Origin: a virus | Length of the DNA: 64,000 nucleotides | Strand: one strand, 5' to 3' | Virus record (IMG/VR): IMGVR_UViG_3300017763_000003 | Part shown: in pieces, positions 39,006-48,034 of the stretch | Layout of the letters: every line of letters begins with the position of its first letter | Numbering within the stretch: the stretch's first letter is position 1 | Program-made: the position numbers and the translations under genes | Notes under the pieces: model-generated | Told to the model about the DNA's origin: nothing | Seen by the model: the letters and a program-made list of their open reading frames with translations, nothing else | The model's database searches: none

Positions 39006-39642
39006 ATTAATATCATACTCGAAAGGACAAAATGGAGATTTATTACAGGAAGTTGCATATTGCGCAAGAGTATCTAATCCATCGAACCAAGCGAATGAAG
39101 AAACTTCTGAAAAGCTACTCAAATATTTGATGAAGCATAAACACTGGTCACCATTTGAAATGGTATCAGTATGTTTAGAAATTAAAACTACAAGAGATAT
39201 CGCTAGACAAATATTGAGACATAGAAGTTTTTCTTTCCAGGAATTTAGTCAAAGATATGCTGAAGCAAATGATTACACTACTCGTAAAGCTAGAGAGCAA
39301 GATAAAAAGAACAGACAAAACTCTACAGAGTTTGAAGATCGTGAGATTGTAGAATGGTTTAATATGCAACAGATGAAACTTATTAGAGGAGTAAAGGAAT
39401 TATATACAGAAGCACTCGGCAAAGGTATAGCCAAAGAACAAGCTAGAGCCATATTGCCTGAGGGTATGACTGAAAGTACCCTATATATGAATGGAACATT
39501 GCGTTCATGGATGCATTATATAGATCTAAGAACTGCAAATGGTACTCAAAAAGAACACATGGATATAGCTAGTGAATGTGCTGATGCTATTGAAGAAGTT
39601 TTTCCTATGATACAGGACTTTAATCATGATGAAGAAAATTAG
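38995..39642 (+). CDS. thyX: FAD-dependent thymidylate synthase
   Basis: HWSPFE, RHRSFSFQEFSQRY, EQARAILP. Confidence 0.95.
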   Translation: MPVKLISYSKGQNGDLLQEVAYCARVSNPSNQANEETSEKLLKYLMKHKHWSPFEMVSVCLEIKTTRDIARQILRHRSFSFQEFSQRYAEANDYTTRKAREQDKKNRQNSTEFEDREIVEWFNMQQMKLIRGVKELYTEALGKGIAKEQARAILPEGMTESTLYMNGTLRSWMHYIDLRTANGTQKEHMDIASECADAIEEVFPMIQDFNHDEEN

Positions 39643-39769
39643 TGAACAAATAGAAATATGTAAATGCCATTGGAAAACTATTTTTGTTGGTAGTTTTATC
39701 ATGCACTTTATGTTTGACTGGCTCATATTTGGATTTGGGGTATTACTAGGGATGCATATAGGACATTAA
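39626..39769 (+). CDS. small membrane protein (not in ORF track)
   Basis: CKCHWKTIFVGSFIMHFMFDWLIFGFGVLLGMH. Confidence 0.55.
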   Translation: MMKKISEQIEICKCHWKTIFVGSFIMHFMFDWLIFGFGVLLGMHIGH

Positions 39770-39773
39770 ATGA

Positions 39774-40349
39774 ATGGGGGAAATAATTAAAGATAAGTTT
39801 GCGAAGAGCATGACTATGTTCTTTCGTTTCATAGCCGATACTTTTTTTGCTAAAAGGTATGGGCATCGTGCAGTCGTATTAGAAACTGTTGCTGCAGTTC
39901 CTGGAATGGTTGCTGGTGTTTGGCTACATATGAAATCTCTTCGTAAGATGAAGAGTGGCTTGGGTCCAAAGATTCGCGAGATGATGGATGAAGCTGAGAA
40001 TGAAAGAATGCATCTAATGATTTTTATTGATATCGCAAAACCATCATGGTTAGAACGATACATAGTTTTATTTGCTCAGTTTATTTTTATTATTTTTTAT
40101 TTACTACTATATATTTTCTTTCCTAAAACTGCTCATCGTATGACACATTATTTTGAAGAGGAAGCAGTAAAAAGTTATACACAATATTTACATATGGTAG
40201 AGTCTGGACAAACTGAAAATGTCGATGCACCACAGATAGCGATAGATTATTACAAATTAAAAAAGAGTGCGAAACTAACAGATGTAATTAAAAAGGTAAG
40301 GGCAGATGAAGAAAAACACTCGCAAGTCAATAAAAGATATTCGGAGTAG
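39774..40349 (+). CDS. aox: alternative oxidase (ubiquinol oxidase)
   Basis: LETVAAVPGMV, EAENERMHL, FEEEAVKSY, VRADEEKH. Confidence 0.92.
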   Translation: MGEIIKDKFAKSMTMFFRFIADTFFAKRYGHRAVVLETVAAVPGMVAGVWLHMKSLRKMKSGLGPKIREMMDEAENERMHLMIFIDIAKPSWLERYIVLFAQFIFIIFYLLLYIFFPKTAHRMTHYFEEEAVKSYTQYLHMVESGQTENVDAPQIAIDYYKLKKSAKLTDVIKKVRADEEKHSQVNKRYSE

Positions 40350-40443
40350 AGACCCTGTTGCCAAAGAACTACGCACACCCAAGTATAGAAGTCAGGTTGT
40401 GCCTAATAAAAAGAAACACTTACCACCGATAGAAGAGTTATAA
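40306..40443 (+). CDS. 45-aa basic micro-protein, ArfA-like (not in ORF track)
   Basis: RDPVAKELRTPKYRSQVVPNKKK. Confidence 0.5.
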   Translation: MKKNTRKSIKDIRSRDPVAKELRTPKYRSQVVPNKKKHLPPIEEL

Positions 40444-40451
40444 ATATAGTA

Positions 40452-41531
40452 ATGAAAATTATAAAGACTACCACACCCAAAGAAGTTCGTGATTTCGATG
40501 GTGAATATCCAAAAAAACTAGAACCAACTGATGTTGTCGAGATATTTCAGACTCCACTGACTGGCTCATATAACTGGGATTATACAGTACAAGATAATCG
40601 CATTCGTAAGTTGTATGAATTAGGCAAGGAGTTAAACTGGAATGTAGAGGTTGATGTTGATTGGTCGCCAGAGTTTGAAGGTATCACTGATGAAGAGTTT
40701 GAGTTTGAAGATAATCAATGGACTGAACATGAAATGTATAAAGGCTGGGATACAAAGAAACGAAAAGCATTTTTACATGACCAAAACGCATGGGCACTTA
40801 GTCAGTTTTTACATGGTGAGCAAGGTGCTTTACTTGTAGCAAGTCAGTTAGCATCCTGTGCTCCAACATTCAACGCAAAGTTGTATGCAGCAAGTCAAAC
40901 CTTTGACGAAGCAAGACATGTAGAAGCATTTAACAAATATTTACAGACAAGAATTAAAACGAGTTGGCCAATAGGAACTGGTCTGAAAACTTTACTAGAT
41001 AAAATACTTACTGACCCAAGATGGGATTTAAAGTTTATCGGAATGCAAGTAATTATTGAAGGACTCGCACTCGCAGCATTTAATGCTTCAAAAGAATCAA
41101 GTCGTGACCCAGTATATAAAGAGATGATTGGATTAATTATTAGAGATGAAGCTAGGCATGTGACTTTTGGTATTAATTATTTACATGAGTTTGTTAAAAC
41201 TTTATCAGAAGAAGAAGTATTAGATCGTGCTAAGTTTGCACTTGAAGCATGTACAGTATCAAGAAATAGATTAAGACCTTTTGAAGTATGGAAAAAATAT
41301 GGATTAGATTTAGTAGCAACTGAAGAATATTCAAAAGAAAATTTATTTCAAACACAGTTTCAAGAAGTATTGTTCAGTAGAATAATGCCTAACCTGAAAA
41401 AAATTGGATTACTTCCTGAAGAAGTTATTCCTGGATATGAAAAACTAGGAGTGCTGAAATACAGTGAAAGTGATAGTGATTATGAATTAGACTGGGATGA
41501 ACTCAGTAAACCTTTAAAGGAAGCAGTATAA
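40452..41531 (+). CDS. ferritin-like diiron oxygenase (AurF-like)
   Basis: FLHGEQGAL, two DEARH motifs, IIEGLA; TATAAATA at 40439-40446. Confidence 0.8.
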   Translation: MKIIKTTTPKEVRDFDGEYPKKLEPTDVVEIFQTPLTGSYNWDYTVQDNRIRKLYELGKELNWNVEVDVDWSPEFEGITDEEFEFEDNQWTEHEMYKGWDTKKRKAFLHDQNAWALSQFLHGEQGALLVASQLASCAPTFNAKLYAASQTFDEARHVEAFNKYLQTRIKTSWPIGTGLKTLLDKILTDPRWDLKFIGMQVIIEGLALAAFNASKESSRDPVYKEMIGLIIRDEARHVTFGINYLHEFVKTLSEEEVLDRAKFALEACTVSRNRLRPFEVWKKYGLDLVATEEYSKENLFQTQFQEVLFSRIMPNLKKIGLLPEEVIPGYEKLGVLKYSESDSDYELDWDELSKPLKEAV

Positions 41532-41532
41532 T

Positions 41533-41781
41533 ATGCCTTTATATAATGTAAAAAATAAAAAGACTGGCGAAGTAAAAGAATTATTTTGTAGTTATGATGA
41601 CAAAGTAAAGTATTTAGAAACCAATAAAGATTGGGAATCTATGATATCTGCACCAAATATCGGAGAAGCAGGTATCCTAGCAGGAACAGATGCTAGAAAA
41701 AAAGCAACAGGATTTAGAGATGTACTTGAAAGAGTAAGAACTAAAAATCCTGGAAGTAAGATAAACACAGAAGTATTTTAA
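41533..41781 (+). CDS. conserved small protein upstream of phoH
   Basis: MPLY…TGEV…GFRDVL…NPGS. Confidence 0.65.
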   Translation: MPLYNVKNKKTGEVKELFCSYDDKVKYLETNKDWESMISAPNIGEAGILAGTDARKKATGFRDVLERVRTKNPGSKINTEVF

Positions 41782-41782
41782 T

Positions 41783-42538
41783 ATGCCCAGAGCGAAAAAA
41801 GCAGATGCTCCATCTGCTAAAGCAAAGTTGAAGATCGCCGATCTCAAACGAGTCGATCCTCTCAACGATAGTCAGAAAAAGTTTTTTGACTTCTATAATG
41901 ATAAAAGTAAACAAATCATTATGGCTCATGGTGTAGCTGGTACAGGTAAAACTTATATTGCGATGTATAAAGCATTAGAGTCTGTACTGAATAAAGAGTT
42001 TGAGAAAGTTTTGATTATTCGATCTGCTGTACAAAGTAGAGAGATTGGTCATTTGCCAGGAGATCTAGAAGAAAAGCTAGAACAATATCAACTGCCATAT
42101 AAACATATAGCATCGGCATTGTTCGCTAAGAAAGTAGATAATCTGGTTTATCCTGACCCATACGATAGGTTGATGACGCAACACAATTTAGATTTTGCTT
42201 CAACATCTTTCGTCAGGGGATTAACATTTGATGACACTGTAGTAATAGTGGACGAATGTCAAAATCTAAACTGGGAGGAACTTGACACAATTATTACAAG
42301 GGTGGGCGACCATTCTCGTATTGTGTTTTGTGGCGACTATCGCCAAACTGATTTAAGAAAGGGCACCGAAAGGGAAGGTCTTTTTAATTTCATGGAGATA
42401 GTAAGGCATATGAATAGTTATGCTCGTGTCGAGTTTACAGTAAACGACATCGTCAGAAGTGACTTAGTAAAAGAATATATCATTGCTAAGATTAAATCTG
42501 AAGATGCTAAACCTAAACAAACAAGGAGTAAACGATAA
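41783..42538 (+). CDS. phoH: PhoH-family ATPase
   Basis: GVAGTGKT, IGHLPG, FVRGLTF, DECQN, GDYRQTD, IVRS. Confidence 0.95.
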   Translation: MPRAKKADAPSAKAKLKIADLKRVDPLNDSQKKFFDFYNDKSKQIIMAHGVAGTGKTYIAMYKALESVLNKEFEKVLIIRSAVQSREIGHLPGDLEEKLEQYQLPYKHIASALFAKKVDNLVYPDPYDRLMTQHNLDFASTSFVRGLTFDDTVVIVDECQNLNWEELDTIITRVGDHSRIVFCGDYRQTDLRKGTEREGLFNFMEIVRHMNSYARVEFTVNDIVRSDLVKEYIIAKIKSEDAKPKQTRSKR

Positions 42539-42663
42539 TGTTAGATATTCTATTCTGGATTGCAGTTGGTGCTTTCATCGGCTGGAATTTTCCACAACCC
42601 TTTTGGGCGAGTTGGATTGAAACAACTGTAAAAGGTTGGCTTTCAAAAATTAATACAAAATAA
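42538..42663 (+). CDS. small membrane protein (not in ORF track)
   Basis: TAATG coupling; MLDILFWIAVGAFIGWNFPQPFWA. Confidence 0.6.
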   Translation: MLDILFWIAVGAFIGWNFPQPFWASWIETTVKGWLSKINTK

Positions 42664-42678
42664 CTAAAAGGAGATATT

Positions 42679-42909
42679 ATGCAAAAAGTTATTGATTGGT
42701 TGAAATGTGTAGGAGCAAAATTGTTTCCTGTTCTTGATACAAACAAAGATGGTGTTCTTGATAAAGAAGACTTTAAGTATCTTGAAAAGAAAACTAAAGA
42801 CGAGCTCGAAGCACTTGGTCGTAAGATTGGTGTTGAACTAGACAAAAGACAAACCAAAGCAAAGTTAATTGCTGCAATTAAAAAAGCAAAAAAGAAATTA
42901 AAGGTGTAA
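42679..42909 (+). CDS. small EF-hand-like/basic helical protein
   Basis: DTNKDGVLDKED; TKDELEALGR..GVELDKR.TK. Confidence 0.65.
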   Translation: MQKVIDWLKCVGAKLFPVLDTNKDGVLDKEDFKYLEKKTKDELEALGRKIGVELDKRQTKAKLIAAIKKAKKKLKV

Positions 42910-43035
42910 GTGGAGCAGTAAATGGTAAACAACCTCTTCGTTTTCGTAAGAGGAATGCTATTCGCAGGAATGCGAAAGTTGTACCATTTCATCCCTGGCA
43001 CCTTTATAAAGATTTTACAACAAAGGAGTAAATCA

Positions 43036-43482
43036 ATGTCATTTGACAGAGAGAAACTAAGAGAAGAACTCATTCGCGATGAAGGAGTTAAATTCGAAAT
43101 ATACAACGACCATCTCGGTTATCCTACATTTGGTATCGGACACCTCGTCACAGAAGATGACGAAGAACATGGTAAAGCTGTAGGAACTGCTGTATCTGAA
43201 GATCGTTGCTGGGAAGTATTCGATACTGATGTAGAAAAGTTCGTCACGGAAGTGAAGAAAGTATATCCTGATATCGAAAGCTATCCTGATACTGTACAGA
43301 GAGTCCTAATCAACATGTGTTTTAACATGGGAGCACCAAGACTTGGTAAGTTCAAAAACATGAAAAAAGCAGTTGAAGCAGGTGACTGGAAACAGGCAGC
43401 AATTGAAGGAAGAGATAGTCGTTGGCACAAACAGGTACCAAATCGTGCTGAAAGACTTATGGTTGCACTTGAAGAAGTATAA
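43036..43482 (+). CDS. T4-type lysozyme (GH24 endolysin)
   Basis: E-x8-D-x5-T (DEGVKFEIYNDHLGYPT), NMCFNMG, SRWHKQVPNRA; SD AAGGAG. Confidence 0.9.
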   Translation: MSFDREKLREELIRDEGVKFEIYNDHLGYPTFGIGHLVTEDDEEHGKAVGTAVSEDRCWEVFDTDVEKFVTEVKKVYPDIESYPDTVQRVLINMCFNMGAPRLGKFKNMKKAVEAGDWKQAAIEGRDSRWHKQVPNRAERLMVALEEV

Positions 43483-43605
43483 GGATTTGCTTTTTAAGAA
43501 AGTAAAGACTATCATATACAAATATCGACGAAACCAGTCCAAGTGGGATGATAGATTTCATAAGGACAAAAACGGAAAGCCGATTGATATTAAGAAGTAA
43601 ATATT

Positions 43606-44256
43606 ATGTTTAATCATGTACCAATTGAAGTGGGTAAACTGAAGCAGGTAAATGCTGAAGGTGGGAGATATTATGAAACTCCCACTGGTGCTAAGTATCC
43701 TTCAGTGACATCTATTACTAGACTACAAAACATGGAATCTATCCAAGCATGGAAAGATAAAGTGGGTGAAGTAGAAGCTAGTAAAATATCTAGACGAGCA
43801 CTCGCTCGTGGTAATAAGATACATCACTTAGCTGAGAAGTATTTACTCAACGAGGGTGATTTATCTGACGATTTCAGCAAACAAGATTTCGGTCAGATGA
43901 TACCATATCTCGATAAAATTAATAACATTCACTGTTTAGAAACTCAATTATATTCAGACCATCTTGAAACTGCAGGTACTGTAGATTGTATAGCTGAATA
44001 TGAAGGGAAACTAACAGTAATTGACTTCAAGACCTCTGCTAAAATGAAGAAGAGGGAATGGGTCAAAGATTATTTTATGCAGTGTTCAGCTTATGCTGTC
44101 ATGTATGAAGAAAGGACTGGCACTCCTATTGAAAGAATGCTACTAATCATTAATGTTGAAGACCAAGGCATACAATTACTAGATGCTAAAAGGGATGACT
44201 ACATTGAGGATTTTTTAGATCTAAGAAAAACTTATAGAAAAATGAAGGAGAACTAA
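43606..44256 (+). CDS. PD-(D/E)XK exonuclease
   Basis: YPSVTS, RGNKIH, AGTVDC, IDFKTS, YFMQCSAY. Confidence 0.85.
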   Translation: MFNHVPIEVGKLKQVNAEGGRYYETPTGAKYPSVTSITRLQNMESIQAWKDKVGEVEASKISRRALARGNKIHHLAEKYLLNEGDLSDDFSKQDFGQMIPYLDKINNIHCLETQLYSDHLETAGTVDCIAEYEGKLTVIDFKTSAKMKKREWVKDYFMQCSAYAVMYEERTGTPIERMLLIINVEDQGIQLLDAKRDDYIEDFLDLRKTYRKMKEN

Positions 44257-44257
44257 A

Positions 44258-44770
44258 ATGGAAGGAACTCGTTTAACCGACCAAGTGTTCTATATGCGTG
44301 AAGATAATGATTGGGTTTTGAAAAGAACTCAAGACTTGTTTAATGACAAGGATGTGGTAGTTTTTGGATTGCCTGGAGCATTTACACCTACATGTTCAGC
44401 TTTTCAGTTGCCAAAGTTTGAGGAGTTATATGATAACTTCAAGGACTTGGGTATGGATGAAGTTTATTGTACAGCTGTAAATGATTCTTTCGTAATGAAT
44501 GCGTGGTTTGACCAACAAGGGATTACCAAAGTAAAACCTTTGCCTGATGGCAATGCTGACTTTGCTAGAAGTACAGGTATGCTGAATGACTTTACTAATA
44601 GAGGATTCGGTGAAAGGTCTTGGCGATACAGTATGTATGTTAAGAATGGGGAGATTAAATTACGATATGCCGAGTGGGGATACCCAGAAGCATGTCCAAT
44701 TCAAGATCCTTTTGAAGTATCTGGTGCTGAAAAAATGCTTGAAGCACTTAAACATATAAAGGCAAATTAA
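44258..44770 (+). CDS. peroxiredoxin (Prx5 type)
   Basis: LPGAFTPTCS, VNDSFVMNAW, RSWRYSM. Confidence 0.92.
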   Translation: MEGTRLTDQVFYMREDNDWVLKRTQDLFNDKDVVVFGLPGAFTPTCSAFQLPKFEELYDNFKDLGMDEVYCTAVNDSFVMNAWFDQQGITKVKPLPDGNADFARSTGMLNDFTNRGFGERSWRYSMYVKNGEIKLRYAEWGYPEACPIQDPFEVSGAEKMLEALKHIKAN

Positions 44771-44771
44771 C

Positions 44772-44942
44772 ATGGAGTATGGATATTTACAAGCAGGTCT
44801 AGTTGACTTTGCTATGGTATTCCTAGTCCTTGTTTTTTTAATTAACACTGGCTGGTTTACCCTATGGGGATTATCAGGTGGACTTAAAAAATTCTTCTCT
44901 TTCAAAAAGAAGAACAAAGAAATGGATGATGGGGGATGGTAG
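44772..44942 (+). CDS. small membrane protein (not in ORF track)
   Basis: TM helix plus basic tail. Confidence 0.5.
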   Translation: MEYGYLQAGLVDFAMVFLVLVFLINTGWFTLWGLSGGLKKFFSFKKKNKEMDDGGW

Positions 44943-45454
44943 AAGATAACTGGAAACTCGGAGAAGAGGGCGATATTATTGACCAATTAAACAGTCCAGA
45001 ACATAAGATTGATGAATGGTTTATGAACTATTCGGTTGGTTGTCCACATTTTGCTGATGAAGTAAGAGAAGAACTAATCGCACTCAGGGATGAAGAAAGA
45101 TCGTTAAGGGATGTATATTGTTTGGCAGCAGCATTAACTATTAATGCTCGTGACCTCGTACATGATATCACTCAATCTATTATGGACTTTAATAAGTTAG
45201 GATTGAACGATGAACGAGATAATATACTAAAGCTGGTTCATAAAGCTATCAAAGACTTCACAGAGCATGGAGATGGTGACATGTATGGTGCACCAGAACT
45301 TAACTTAGTTAATGAAGGCAAGCACTTTATGGAGGGTGATGTGCGTCAAGCAGTCGCCATAGCTATGGGTGTACACCTAAATGACAGACATCCTGATATT
45401 GTAAGAATTAGAGAATTAGTGTCACTGATAAAGAGAGTGCATATTTTAATTTAA
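44936..45454 (+). CDS. hypothetical protein
   Basis: 172-aa helical ORF. Confidence 0.6.
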   Translation: MVEDNWKLGEEGDIIDQLNSPEHKIDEWFMNYSVGCPHFADEVREELIALRDEERSLRDVYCLAAALTINARDLVHDITQSIMDFNKLGLNDERDNILKLVHKAIKDFTEHGDGDMYGAPELNLVNEGKHFMEGDVRQAVAIAMGVHLNDRHPDIVRIRELVSLIKRVHILI

Positions 45455-45487
45455 TAAATACTCTTTACATCACGAAAGGAGGTCACT

Positions 45488-46042
45488 ATGAAAGTAGCGA
45501 AACAAATCCTTATAATGATAACTCTGTTATTTATGGGAGTAGCAGTATCAATGGCAACTCAAGCATATGCCAGCTGGTCTTACCCCACAATAGTAAATAC
45601 AGATAAGAAGGCATTTATAGTTTCAATGTCTCTGTGTGTTGACAGTATATACAGGCAAGAACCCAATCATCGTCATTTCCCAAAAGAACTAATTATAGCA
45701 CAAGCCATACTAGAATCTGGTTATGGTACATCTCGCTTCGCACATGAAGCAAACAATCTATTTGGTATTCGTACATGGAATGAACAAACTCCTCATGTAA
45801 AACCAGTCACCCATCATAATGAATGGCATGGCTGGGGTGTCAAAGCATATCAGACTAAATGTCATAGTGCCTTTGACTTAGTAAGGATACTGAACGATTT
45901 ACACTTTTATGAAAAGCTGAGGGATGCTAGGGATCGAGGTGAGGATGCACATATACTGGTACACTATCTAGAATCATTCTCAACTAACCCAGCATATGGT
46001 AAGTTGCTTGAGTCTATTATTAAAAACGACCTGAAATCTTAA
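45488..46042 (+). CDS. GH73 glucosaminidase (Bax-like) with signal/TM
   Basis: IAQAILESGYGTSRFA.EANNLFGIR, FSTNPAY. Confidence 0.85.
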   Translation: MKVAKQILIMITLLFMGVAVSMATQAYASWSYPTIVNTDKKAFIVSMSLCVDSIYRQEPNHRHFPKELIIAQAILESGYGTSRFAHEANNLFGIRTWNEQTPHVKPVTHHNEWHGWGVKAYQTKCHSAFDLVRILNDLHFYEKLRDARDRGEDAHILVHYLESFSTNPAYGKLLESIIKNDLKS

Positions 46043-46143
46043 TAACACTAAATAGTTGTGTCGCAACTGAGAAATGGGTATATATCTCTTCTCAACTTAA
46101 CTAAATAATAGTATCATAAACAAAGTAAACTAGGAGATACATA

Positions 46144-46761
46144 ATGGCTATAGAAGTCGAAAAGATGGGAGTAGATCCCAACGCAAATTTGAAGACTCAA
46201 ACTGCAGCAGAAGTAAGAATGCAGAAAGAGTTAGAAAGACAACTGAATAATGACGCAGGTCGAGCAAAAATAATTGAGACCTTTGCGGAAATCCAAGAAG
46301 CAGAAGCTAAAGGTGAAACTGTACCATCATGGGAAACAGATGAGAACCAAGAGGAATACAACTTTATCTTTAGAAATGGACAAGAATTTAATGTAATCGC
46401 ACCAACACTTGAGTTTGCTAAAAAGCAATGCGAGTTATGGCTACAAGATTTTAAACATGTCGGTGAAGACTGGGAAGTTTTTGATGTTGAGATTACAGAT
46501 CTAGAAGAAATAAAAGACAGATTTTACAAAGCACCAGTAATGAATGGTGGAAACTCTGAAACTGTTGTCGCTACTTTGCCGAATGAAAGTGAAGATTTCG
46601 TCAAGGCATTTGAAGCAGAAGATGAAGAGGATAAGAAACATTACTTCAAAATCTTAGAAGATAGTGAAGGCAATGTAATAGGCGAGGTTGAAGTCGATGC
46701 GCAAGGCAACGAATTAAAGGCAAAACCTGCTAAGAAAAAGGCAGCAAAAAAGTCTAAATAA
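46144..46761 (+). CDS. acidic hypothetical late protein
   Basis: CTAAATA at 46101, SD AGGAG. Confidence 0.65.
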   Translation: MAIEVEKMGVDPNANLKTQTAAEVRMQKELERQLNNDAGRAKIIETFAEIQEAEAKGETVPSWETDENQEEYNFIFRNGQEFNVIAPTLEFAKKQCELWLQDFKHVGEDWEVFDVEITDLEEIKDRFYKAPVMNGGNSETVVATLPNESEDFVKAFEAEDEEDKKHYFKILEDSEGNVIGEVEVDAQGNELKAKPAKKKAAKKSK

Positions 46762-46783
46762 CACAAAAAAAGACCTAGTTTAC

Positions 46784-46814
46784 AAAGGGGAGTCCGCAAT
46801 GGCTCCCCTTTTTT
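46784..46814 (+). terminator. intrinsic terminator
   Basis: AAAGGGGAGTC-cgcaat-GGCTCCCCTTT then TTT. Confidence 0.8.
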
Positions 46815-46818
46815 GTTA

Positions 46819-46899
46819 TAAGTCATTGATTTCATATAACTAATTAATCTAAAAAAAGAGACGATTTTACTTGACTTTTGGAGTCAATTAGGATACAAT
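46819..46899 (+). promoter_or_regulatory. early promoter with upstream IHF-like box
   Basis: TAAGTCATTGATT, GACGATTTTAC, TTGACT-17-TACAAT. Confidence 0.75.
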
Positions 46900-46929
46900 T
46901 GCTGTATAATTAAATAAAGAGGTAAATAT

Positions 46930-47205
46930 ATGACAATTAATATAACTAATAACTACGAATATTCAGGTGTAAATGCTGATGCGTGTGGGGATATTGAAAG
47001 AGTTTGTACTTTTAAACAAGGTATTAAACACTATGGTGTTCCAGGGTCTGCTTTTAAGGGTATGACTAAGGTTGCGTCTCTTATGAGAATGCGTGTGTCT
47101 GAGGATAAAGATGGTAAAGAGGTCAAAAGACCTACTTATTTCGCTGTTTTTGATGCTGATGAAATGCAGTCTAGAGCGAGAGCGTTTAAAAAGGGTGCTG
47201 CATAA
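46930..47205 (+). CDS. ArdC N-terminal-like small early protein
   Basis: N.T…YSGVN…TFKQ…GV.G…YFAVFD. Confidence 0.55.
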   Translation: MTINITNNYEYSGVNADACGDIERVCTFKQGIKHYGVPGSAFKGMTKVASLMRMRVSEDKDGKEVKRPTYFAVFDADEMQSRARAFKKGAA

Positions 47206-47264
47206 GCACCCTCTAAGTGGTTGTATTCATTATGATAAATCTTCAAAAAAAAGTAAAAAAGTTC

Positions 47265-47293
47265 TTGACTTTTGGTCGTAAATGGAGTACAAT
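47265..47293 (+). promoter_or_regulatory. sigma70 early promoter
   Basis: TTGACT-17-TACAAT with A-tract UP element. Confidence 0.7.
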
Positions 47294-47327
47294 CAACTTA
47301 ATGATTAACAAAAAAAAGGAAAAAAAT

Positions 47328-47636
47328 ATGACTTTTAATTATGCTGAATATCGTGATATAATCGAAAATACTTGTGAAGCTGAAAATTCTGAAGGCGATC
47401 GATTCGACGCTTATGATAAACTGAGTGGTAAAACTGTATTTGACTTTGACCCAAAAGCTGGTCTTGGTCAATCTATATCTTTCTATAATGATGGTACTAA
47501 TACTTATTTTGAAATTGGTGGTGCTTATATGAATGCTGGATTGATGATACTTCATGATATGTTATTTGATAATGCTGAGTATAAAAGTATTGTTGATAAT
47601 ATGGTTCGCGAATCTATTGAAGGTCTTAACGATTAA
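47328..47636 (+). CDS. early hypothetical protein
   Basis: SD AAGGA before ATG 47328. Confidence 0.6.
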   Translation: MTFNYAEYRDIIENTCEAENSEGDRFDAYDKLSGKTVFDFDPKAGLGQSISFYNDGTNTYFEIGGAYMNAGLMILHDMLFDNAEYKSIVDNMVRESIEGLND

Positions 47637-47657
47637 TAATAATAAAGGAGAAAAATT

Positions 47658-47846
47658 ATGAGTAAAATGGGTAATTTATATTTAGAGCTGACTGAAAGAG
47701 CTCAGGACTTTATCGCTGATTATGCCGATAAAAAATATTTAACATTACTAGATGCTAAAGATGCATTCTTAAATGAAAAAGGTGAGGATGCTGCTGGTGT
47801 ATTTGATACTGAAGCTGAAGTTGCTTCTGAGTTAGGTATCATATAA
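47658..47846 (+). CDS. early hypothetical protein
   Basis: SD AAGGAG; MSKMGNL. Confidence 0.65.
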   Translation: MSKMGNLYLELTERAQDFIADYADKKYLTLLDAKDAFLNEKGEDAAGVFDTEAEVASELGII

Positions 47847-48034
47847 TGTTAGAAGCAATTCTATACTGGTTGATATTTCCTACACTAGGATTTACAATCT
47901 ACTGTGCATGCGTGGCTTTATACCTGCATGCCAAAGAAACTTTCGGAGATAATATATGATGAAATATATCGTCACTATTGTTATCGTGTTAAGTTTCTTT
48001 TTATATCTAATGTCAAAAATCGGAGGTCTATAAG

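Noticed and set aside
42922-43035. SAR/signal N-terminal extension of lysozyme
   Set aside because: Strong SD precedes ATG 43036; the extension is not convincingly hydrophobic
42513-43106. 197-aa antisense ORF and the other opposite-strand ORFs in the track (e.g. 52430, 53048, 62375-63842)
   Set aside because: Shadows of well-supported genes with no motifs or SD
43606-44256. Cas4/CRISPR system
   Set aside because: No repeat-spacer array or Fe-S cysteine pattern; common T4-like exonuclease
44936-45454. AhpD partner for the peroxiredoxin
   Set aside because: No CxxC motif; resemblance too weak
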